Source of the DNA: Bdellovibrionota bacterium
GTDB taxonomy: Bacteria; Bdellovibrionota_C; UBA2361; JBIKWN01
NCBI GenBank assembly: GCA_044356295.1
Contig: JBIKWN010000031.1
Coordinates: 1 to 29,595, forward strand
Reading direction: 5' to 3'
DNA: 29,595 nt
This document shows, piece by piece, positions 18,050 through 24,056 of the stretch; positions within the stretch are counted from its first letter, which is position 1; every line of letters starts with the position of its first letter. Below the pieces are notes generated by a model, which worked only from the letters and a program-made list of their open reading frames with translations, ran no database searches and had not been told where the DNA came from. The position numbers were made by a program, and so were the translations under genes.

Positions 18050-20308
18050 ATGTTACGGAATGAGCCAATAATAAGTAAGCAGGCGGTGCATAAAGCATCT
18101 GGGACTATTTCTCTTGCAGAAGCAACTAAGGAATTAACCACATTCTTTCATGAAACTTTCTCTCCTTTAATGGCAGATAACGTTCTCACTCGTAAAGAAG
18201 TTAGAAATCTTGGACGTGAACTCGGAAAAAAATTAATTACCATCTCAGCTATACTTACAAATCAGAACGACCTTCCCTCGTTAATCCTAGTTGTCGCTGA
18301 ACTTTTTGACAAAAATATACAATTACCTGTTGATAAATCAGCGGCATGGGGTAATTTTACAAAGGGCTTTACTGGCGATTCCGGAAGCTTACTAAGCGCA
18401 TTCGAACGAAATAAAATAATCAACCAAGCGGAAGAAGATGCGCCCCAATTCGCTGCAATGTTTTTTCGACATTCAGCACTAGAAACAGAATCAAAGAAAA
18501 ATTCATTCCATAAAATTAACCAATTACTTAATAAACTCTTTCCTGAGCTTTCCGAAGCTACCCGTACTACGATTGGCTTATCAATGTACAACATGTCTCG
18601 CCTGAAGAAAGAACTCCTTCAAGAACAAACGACTACCAGAAAACTTGAAACGACAGATGAAGCACAAATTTATTTAGAAAATTCCTTTTTAAGAGATTTT
18701 GAACAAAGACTAACACCGGCACTCAAATCTCATAAAGACTACTCGCCAGAATGGCTCTGTTCAACAGTTCAAAAAATTGCACGTTTAGGCGCTGTCTATG
18801 ATAAGGCAGCATACCGTATTAATTGTGGTCAGAAAGTTCAAGCTAAGAAAAAAATGAGAACATTCATGCATAAGCACCACCTTTTTTTTCAACTCAACAA
18901 CCCTGAAAAAATTGATGTGGCAATATGCCCAGAAACACGTTCATTTGCTTCAGCACTTGTCAGTAGAGGTTCATATATTGCAAAACTTTTCCTCGATACA
19001 ATCGTAAGCTATCCGCAAAATTTACAAAAAATAATCGCTTTTGGTGACACGCAATCACTTCAAAGCAATATGGCTCTACTGAATTTAGAACAAGATATTC
19101 CCGCACCCTACCCTTCATGGCATAGCCTTAGAGCATATGTTTGGAAAGAATTTTTACGTTTAGGACTTCGGTGCTTAACCGAAGAACCGAAAGAACATCA
19201 AAGTCATATTTCGACAAGCTTAGACATCGCATTACTGAGTGAATTTATCTTCCGTCAAGTTGCATTAACAGAATTTAATCACCTTGCTGATATACATGGA
19301 AAACCAACATGCTCGTTTGCTTTCTTTATTGGAGGAGCAAATGCAAGACGTGAATATCCAACGTTTGATTATGATTCATATTGTGTTTATGAATCAGATG
19401 GAAGTACGATTTCAAATCAAACAAACCATACCACAATCCCTCACAAGGATTTTTTTATAAAATTAAATGAGAACATTGCAAAGACGCTACGAACACTTGG
19501 TGCAGATTTTGATTCTGGGTTTCTTCCATGCGATCCAGTGAGTCATGAACTTTTTTGGGCAATATCAACAGATGATTTTAAAAACCTAATTGCAAAATCA
19601 ACCGATGCACATCTTGAGTTAAGGTTACGAATCAATCAAAGGTTAATTTTTGGTGATGCACCTTTTTCGGAACAATTTCAAAAGTGGATCGATCAAGAAG
19701 TACAAGCACGGCGACAACATATTCTCTCTACTCGATTCAAGGAAATAGAAAAATTATCGATTCCTTCTCATTTAGAAAAGCTCAATCTAAAACTAAGCCC
19801 TGGAGGCCTACGACAAGGTGTCCTTCTTTGGCAAACATGCTCATGTATATTCTCTACTCATTTTTCGAGCATGTCTGAATTCGCAAATTTTTTACAGCAA
19901 AAACAATTTATATCTGAAGCTGAAAAAATATTTTTTTTAAATGCCTATGACTTCTTGTTAATTTCACGAGCACGGATGGATATGCAGTATGGAAGAAACG
20001 CAAAATATATACCCCATGGTGATGAATTAGTAGCTTTTGCAAAAAGCATTGGATACCACCATTCAAGAATTTTGCCCGCAGATATTGCTTATCTTAATGA
20101 CCTTGACGAAAAGATGTCTGTGGTGAGTAACTTTTGTCTCAAGACATTGTCCCAAATTCGTGATTTCGTTCTCGAGCAAGAAAACATAGATATATCTGAT
20201 TCATCCGAAGCTGATAAACTTGCCACTATTACCGACAGAAAACGAGAAGAATATTTAGCAATACAAGCATTTCGAACTGAAACTGGCTTTGGTGAGTTCT
20301 TCCACTAG
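18050..20308 (+). CDS. putative GlnE/GlnD-like protein nucleotidyltransferase with unrecognised N-terminal half
   Basis: 752 aa. C-terminal half has FAFFIGGANARREYPTFDYDSYCVY (pol-beta-like G...DxD), RLIFGD, NLKLSPGGLR and AYDFL, in the same order as in GlnE/GlnD domains. Confidence 0.62.
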   Translation: MLRNEPIISKQAVHKASGTISLAEATKELTTFFHETFSPLMADNVLTRKEVRNLGRELGKKLITISAILTNQNDLPSLILVVAELFDKNIQLPVDKSAAWGNFTKGFTGDSGSLLSAFERNKIINQAEEDAPQFAAMFFRHSALETESKKNSFHKINQLLNKLFPELSEATRTTIGLSMYNMSRLKKELLQEQTTTRKLETTDEAQIYLENSFLRDFEQRLTPALKSHKDYSPEWLCSTVQKIARLGAVYDKAAYRINCGQKVQAKKKMRTFMHKHHLFFQLNNPEKIDVAICPETRSFASALVSRGSYIAKLFLDTIVSYPQNLQKIIAFGDTQSLQSNMALLNLEQDIPAPYPSWHSLRAYVWKEFLRLGLRCLTEEPKEHQSHISTSLDIALLSEFIFRQVALTEFNHLADIHGKPTCSFAFFIGGANARREYPTFDYDSYCVYESDGSTISNQTNHTTIPHKDFFIKLNENIAKTLRTLGADFDSGFLPCDPVSHELFWAISTDDFKNLIAKSTDAHLELRLRINQRLIFGDAPFSEQFQKWIDQEVQARRQHILSTRFKEIEKLSIPSHLEKLNLKLSPGGLRQGVLLWQTCSCIFSTHFSSMSEFANFLQQKQFISEAEKIFFLNAYDFLLISRARMDMQYGRNAKYIPHGDELVAFAKSIGYHHSRILPADIAYLNDLDEKMSVVSNFCLKTLSQIRDFVLEQENIDISDSSEADKLATITDRKREEYLAIQAFRTETGFGEFFH

Positions 20309-20328
20309 CATGATTAAAAATCTCTTAT

Positions 20329-20357
20329 TTGAAAGGCTGTCTTATTTTAGCTATAGT
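20329..20357 (+). promoter_or_regulatory. sigma70 promoter of the tRNA gene
   Basis: TTGAAA (20329-20334), 17-nt spacer, TATAGT (20352-20357), 16 nt upstream of the tRNA. Confidence 0.7.
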
Positions 20358-20373
20358 GTATCACTCATGCCCT

Positions 20374-20456
20374 GCCCGGGTGATGGAATGGTAGACATAC
20401 AGGACTTAAAATCCTGGGATCGCAAGATCGTGCGGGTTCAAGTCCCGCCCTGGGCA
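20374..20456 (+). tRNA. tRNA-Leu (anticodon TAA)
   Basis: Acceptor GCCCGGG/CCTGGGC plus discriminator A, D-loop GGAATGGTAGAC, anticodon arm CAGGA-CTTAAAA-TCCTG, long variable arm GATC-GCAA-GATC, T arm GCGGG-TTCAAGT-CCCGC. CCA not encoded. Confidence 0.97.
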
Positions 20457-20536
20457 TTAAATTTTTCTTGATTACCTTCTGTATTAATTATTAATTTTAC
20501 GGATAGTGGCTTTAAAGCCCGATGATCAAAAGGAAT

Positions 20537-20790
20537 GAATTCTGTTTACTTTTTGGAAACCCAAAGTAAAAACATCAAAAAAAAATGGGTGTATTGCTGG
20601 GAGAGCCAATAGTACAATACACCCAAGTTGGCTTATCTCTCTCACTATTTTGCATTCTCAAAAGAAAATTACTCAAGTGTTAAGGTAAAGAGCCTGTAGA
20701 GAGGGTTCATAAACGCTACAAAAGTTTCATGAGAAACCACTCTAACGTTTATAAACCCAAAAACCTTCCAAGTGTTGATAAACAGAATTC
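20537..20790 (-). ncRNA. putative structured ncRNA of unknown family, copy 1
   Basis: 12-bp terminal inverted repeat (20537-20548 / 20779-20790). Stems 20703-20715/20746-20758 and 20586-20596/20615-20625. Plus-strand C.A mismatches become G.U pairs on the minus strand. Has its own promoter. Confidence 0.7.
20577..20625 (-). terminator. terminator-like hairpin inside ncRNA copy 1
   Basis: 11-bp stem TGGGTGTATTG/CAATACACCCA followed by T9 on the minus strand. Confidence 0.6.
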
Positions 20791-20796
20791 AAGTAG

Positions 20797-20824
20797 AGAG
20801 TAACAGACTAGTGAAGTTACTCAA
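20797..20824 (-). promoter_or_regulatory. sigma70-type promoter of ncRNA copy 1
   Basis: TTGAGT, 16-nt spacer ending TGt, TACTCT, then 6 nt to the first base of the terminal helix; same geometry as copy 2. Confidence 0.6.
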
Positions 20825-20827
20825 GTA

Positions 20828-20925
20828 CTAAATGACTTTACGGTCAATCGCATATGGTCCCCTATGCCTGACAGGTTGCCATTATCTCGACTGAATTTAC
20901 GTTAAGATGATCTAGAAGGGATGAA
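20828..20925 (-). pseudogene. displaced duplicate of the last ~32 codons of the SDR gene
   Basis: 20864-20925 matches 21235-21296 at 60/62 nt. After a 1-nt insertion it continues GGA CCA TAT GCG ATT GAC CGT AAA GTC ATT TAG (GPYAIDRKVI*), versus GSYAIHREAI* in the gene. Confidence 0.85.
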
Positions 20926-21162
20926 TTCTGTTTACGTATGGAAACCATAAGTAAACCTTAAAAAAATGGGTGCATTGCGGAAGGGAACCAAAACAATACA
21001 CCCCATGTAACTATCTCTCTCACTTTTTTGCTTGTCGGTCACTCAAGTGTGTAGGGGAGATCAGCCTATAGAGAGGGTTCATAAACGTCACAAAAGTTTT
21101 TAAAAAACTTATCTAACGTTTACAAACCCAAGAACCTTACAGATAGTACATAAACAGAATTC
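20923..21162 (-). ncRNA. putative structured ncRNA of unknown family, copy 2
   Basis: Terminal inverted repeat 20923-20934 / 21151-21162, extending to 16 bp with one G.U on the minus strand. Stems 21075-21087/21117-21129 and 20968-20977/20994-21003. Has its own promoter. Confidence 0.7.
20960..21003 (-). terminator. terminator-like hairpin inside ncRNA copy 2
   Basis: GGGTGTATTG/CAATGCACCC stem (one G.U) followed by A-T7 on the minus strand. Confidence 0.6.
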
Positions 21163-21168
21163 CCTCCT

Positions 21169-21196
21169 ATCGTAACAGAGTTAATGAGATACTCAA
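21169..21196 (-). promoter_or_regulatory. sigma70-type promoter of ncRNA copy 2
   Basis: TTGAGT (21196-21191), 16-nt spacer ending TGt, TACGAT (21174-21169), then 6 nt to the first base of the terminal helix. Confidence 0.68.
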
Positions 21197-21199
21197 GCC

Positions 21200-21949
21200 T
21201 TATATGGCTTCGCGGTGAATGGCGTAGGATCCCCATGCCTGACAGGTTGCCATTATCTCGAGTGAATTTACGTTAAGATGATCTGGAAGGGATGAAAGCC
21301 AAAGAATAGTAGAGGCAATATCGTTAGGAGTAATTGGCTTTGTGCCTTTATAAACTTCTGATGCTTTTAGTCCATCACCTTTGAATCGAGTGTTCGAGAA
21401 TTCAGTTTCAGCCAATCCTGGTTCCAAGCTAGTAACCCTGACATTTGTTCCAAGGAGTTCTGCCTTTAAATTACGTGAAAAATGATGAACAAAAGCTTTT
21501 GTTGCCCCGTAAACATTTCCACCAGGGTATGGCCAATTACCTGCGATTGAACCGATATTTACAATCAATCCTTTATTCTCTTTAACCATAAAGGGAAGTA
21601 CTAAACGAGTGACTGTTGCAAGCCCGCGAATATTTACATCAATCATCGAATCCCAGTCATCCAGATTTGCCTCAGAAGCTTTGTCTAAGCCTAAGGCAAA
21701 TCCAGCATTATTAACAAGGAGATCAGGAGCGCCATGATTTTTGCAGTACGCCTCTAGTACTTGCTGACATGAATCCCTATGGCTGACATCCAATGTCTCA
21801 AAAGAGATATTACTATTGGTATCAGCTAGAGTCTGAAGCCGGTCAGTTCTTCGCGCCAACGCGAAAACTGACCAGCCATGTTCTGCGAAAACTTTTGCAG
21901 TCTCAAATCCAAACCCAGAACTTGCACCAGTGATAATTATTTTTTTCAA
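21200..21949 (-). CDS. short-chain dehydrogenase/reductase, YdfG-like NADP-dependent 3-hydroxy acid dehydrogenase
   Basis: ITGASSGFG, LARR, LVNNAG, NIGSIAG.WPYPGGNVYGATK (YxxxK), TEFS..RFKGD; TTG start. Confidence 0.9.
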   Translation of the reverse strand: MKKIIITGASSGFGFETAKVFAEHGWSVFALARRTDRLQTLADTNSNISFETLDVSHRDSCQQVLEAYCKNHGAPDLLVNNAGFALGLDKASEANLDDWDSMIDVNIRGLATVTRLVLPFMVKENKGLIVNIGSIAGNWPYPGGNVYGATKAFVHHFSRNLKAELLGTNVRVTSLEPGLAETEFSNTRFKGDGLKASEVYKGTKPITPNDIASTILWLSSLPDHLNVNSLEIMATCQAWGSYAIHREAI

Positions 21950-21961
21950 AGCAAATATTAC

Positions 21962-22483
21962 TTAATTTAAGTTAGTACGTGGACTAAATTTATTTAAACA
22001 AACACGAGCAAGAGGATCGTTGCCCGCATTGGGAATATCTTTAAACTTAATTGTTAAACGAGTAGCACCTCTTAAAATAGAGCTCGTGCCTGTCTCGCCG
22101 AAACAACATATTTGCTGTCCAGGTGTACGAATAACTTTCTGACATTTAAACGCACTGCATTTATTTAATCCATCAGCAGTTTCTTCAGCACTGCAATCAT
22201 TATAACCAGATGCAGGCCATCTATCTCTATTTTGATTATCTCTTAGAACGACGCTAAATGAACTGGCATACGATCCCGAAAGAATAGCACCAGCTTTTCC
22301 ACCACATGCCCTAACCGAGGGACGATATCTAATCTGTTTAGGAACTTCATTTGCACAGATACAAGGTTTAAATCGTGAGTTTTTAAATTCCTTACATTTT
22401 GCATCGGGGAGTGTTTGCGCCTGGAGTAATGACGCTGGTAAAAGTGCTATACAAAATAGAAATGCAAAGAGAGAGTTTTTCAT
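21962..22483 (-). CDS. secreted cysteine-rich hypothetical protein (paralog A)
   Basis: 173 aa; signal peptide; 10 Cys in the mature region; aligns over the whole mature domain with 22642..23244. Confidence 0.85.
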   Translation of the reverse strand: MKNSLFAFLFCIALLPASLLQAQTLPDAKCKEFKNSRFKPCICANEVPKQIRYRPSVRACGGKAGAILSGSYASSFSVVLRDNQNRDRWPASGYNDCSAEETADGLNKCSAFKCQKVIRTPGQQICCFGETGTSSILRGATRLTIKFKDIPNAGNDPLARVCLNKFSPRTNLN

Positions 22484-22641
22484 TTTATTAAATCAAAATA
22501 AATAACAGCCCGATATTATACCCATCAACTCGGCTATCCACAAATGTCTGTGGTTTTCAGAAACTTTTCAAATAAGGCAATATTTCCTATAATTATAACA
22601 AGAATTTATTATTATTATTATTTTAAACTGAGATTTTTCCT

Positions 22642-23244
22642 ATGCTTTTTAGCAAGTCACTCTTCTCTGCTCCATGCACATTATTATTGTTAGTAAGTAT
22701 TGTTTTTTTTGCTCCCTATACCAATGCACAGGTGACAACAGTTGCAAAAATTTTAGCAGAACGTGACACAACTACTCCTAATAAAAAGAAACCACGATAT
22801 TGCACAGGTGGAGCAATTAGATTTAAGCGATGTGTTTGCGCTCCTGACGTAACAAAACGTGTACAATACCGCCCAATAGTTAAAGAATGCGGCCGTAAGG
22901 CAGCAATTATCCTTAACGGCACCTATGCATCAGCATTTAGTGCCGTTGTTAGGAACGTTGAAAATGCCGATCGTATTCCAAAAAACGCTCTCATCAATGG
23001 ATGCTCAATTTATGACCGAGATACGCTAGGATTAAATAAATGTAGCGTTTACAAAGCACAGAAAGTACTTAAGTACGAAGATGAGCGTGGTACCGTATCC
23101 GTTCATTGCCTTGGTGCTCCGGGAACTTCTAGTTACTTCAAAAATGCACGTCGAATTACAGTAAAACTTGGTGACGCACCAGATTCCACAAACGATCCGA
23201 TTGCAAGACTTTGTTTAGCTGGTCCAACAAAGAACCTAAACTAA
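22642..23244 (+). CDS. secreted cysteine-rich hypothetical protein (paralog B)
   Basis: 200 aa; signal peptide; 8 Cys in the mature region; shares RFK.C.CA, YRP, CG.KA, GLNKCS, DP.AR.CL and the NLN end with paralog A. Confidence 0.85.
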   Translation: MLFSKSLFSAPCTLLLLVSIVFFAPYTNAQVTTVAKILAERDTTTPNKKKPRYCTGGAIRFKRCVCAPDVTKRVQYRPIVKECGRKAAIILNGTYASAFSAVVRNVENADRIPKNALINGCSIYDRDTLGLNKCSVYKAQKVLKYEDERGTVSVHCLGAPGTSSYFKNARRITVKLGDAPDSTNDPIARLCLAGPTKNLN

Positions 23245-24056
23245 CGAAGCTCTAAAGAAAGATCTTTTAATTTTTTAGTAATCCCAGGAGCGCCAAGGAT
23301 AACGTTAAGTTTATCTTTAGGATCTCCTGTCCAAGGTTTGTCTTCAAAGATTTCACCACCTCGCCCATCAACAAGAGCCATTACTGAAGCTACATCCCAA
23401 ATCCTAAGCCCACCATCGATATTAGAAGCAAGCCCACCTCGGACTAACATCGAATGTGCAAAACAATCGTAATAAATTCGAATCTGTGGAAGCTTGCCAA
23501 CTAATTTCTGTAAAAGCTCTATTTTATCACTTCGCGCAAATGTTCCTGGAGCAGCAGCACCAATCATTACTTGATTAAGCTCACGCTCATCTCTTTGAAA
23601 AAGAGGGCTTTTTTCTGCCTTCTCATTAAATACACCAGTCAATTTAGATCCGTAGTAGCGGATTCCTAATAAAGGATGTTCAATTGCGCCCCAAATTGGC
23701 TTATTTTGATACATTAAAGAGATTAAAACACCAAAAGTTGGAACTCGATTAACTAAACTCATAGTGCCGTCTATTGGATCGACGACGATCTGGAATTCAG
23801 ATTTGAGATTCGAATTTCCATACTCTTCACCGATGACACCAAATGTTGGAAAAAGCGTTGAAGCCCTATCTCTAACAATTTCTTCAAGCATCTTATCAAG
23901 AGCAGTAACAGGCGATGAATCATTTTTAGTTTCTGCATCAGTGGGATTATTCCAAAAATCTATAGAATGATTTTTAGCGTCGTCTAAAAAGGTAAGTGCG
24001 AATTGCTCAAATCTGACTATCTCTTTTGTTAAAAGCTCTAATGAAATTTCATTCAT
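23241..24056 (-). CDS. inositol monophosphatase family protein (histidinol-phosphate phosphatase HisN-like)
   Basis: K.DSSPVT.LD, IGEE, VDPIDGT, IWDVA motifs. Confidence 0.85.
   Translation of the reverse strand: MNEISLELLTKEIVRFEQFALTFLDDAKNHSIDFWNNPTDAETKNDSSPVTALDKMLEEIVRDRASTLFPTFGVIGEEYGNSNLKSEFQIVVDPIDGTMSLVNRVPTFGVLISLMYQNKPIWGAIEHPLLGIRYYGSKLTGVFNEKAEKSPLFQRDERELNQVMIGAAAPGTFARSDKIELLQKLVGKLPQIRIYYDCFAHSMLVRGGLASNIDGGLRIWDVASVMALVDGRGGEIFEDKPWTGDPKDKLNVILGAPGITKKLKDLSLELR

Larger units (their letters stand above)
20521..21296. repeat. diverged tandem direct repeat, two units (385 and 371 bp) plus a terminal boundary copy
   Basis: Boundary motif GATGATC...AAGG.ATGAA starts at 20521, 20906 and 21277. 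Shared blocks include GAATTCTGTTTAC, TATCTCTCTCACT, ACTCAAGTGT, TAGAGAGGGTTCATAAACG, TCTAACGTTTA and ATAAACAGAATTC. Confidence 0.92.

Noticed and set aside
20289..20471. 60-aa ORF
   Set aside because: Overlaps the tRNA-Leu gene and its promoter.
20374..20520. Prophage or island integrated at tRNA-Leu
   Set aside because: I found no second copy of the tRNA 3' end and no integrase in the window. The duplicated sequence belongs to the SDR gene instead.
20585..20683. 32-aa plus-strand ORF (MGVLLGEP...KRKLLKC) as a type I toxin
   Set aside because: The equivalent frame in copy 2 stops after 14 codons with a different sequence, and there is no RBS.
20669..20710. Minus-strand micro-ORF MNPLYRL... 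present in both RNA copies
   Set aside because: The first 7 codons are shared, with two synonymous changes, but a 2-nt length difference then shifts the frame. There is no RBS and the start lies within a stem. RNA structure explains the conservation, although translation is not strictly excluded.
20537..21162. Retron msr-msd assignment
   Set aside because: The terminal inverted repeats resemble a1/a2, but no conserved branching G follows the 5' arm and no RT gene is adjacent. Kept only as an analogy.
20828..21296. DGR template/variable repeat pair at the SDR C-terminus
   Set aside because: Mismatches are not confined to adenines in either copy (C/T, C/G, T/C changes dominate) and are enriched at synonymous positions. 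No reverse transcriptase is present.
20521..21296. CRISPR array
   Set aside because: Units are ~370-385 bp and homologous along their length. There are no short identical repeats with unique spacers and no cas genes.
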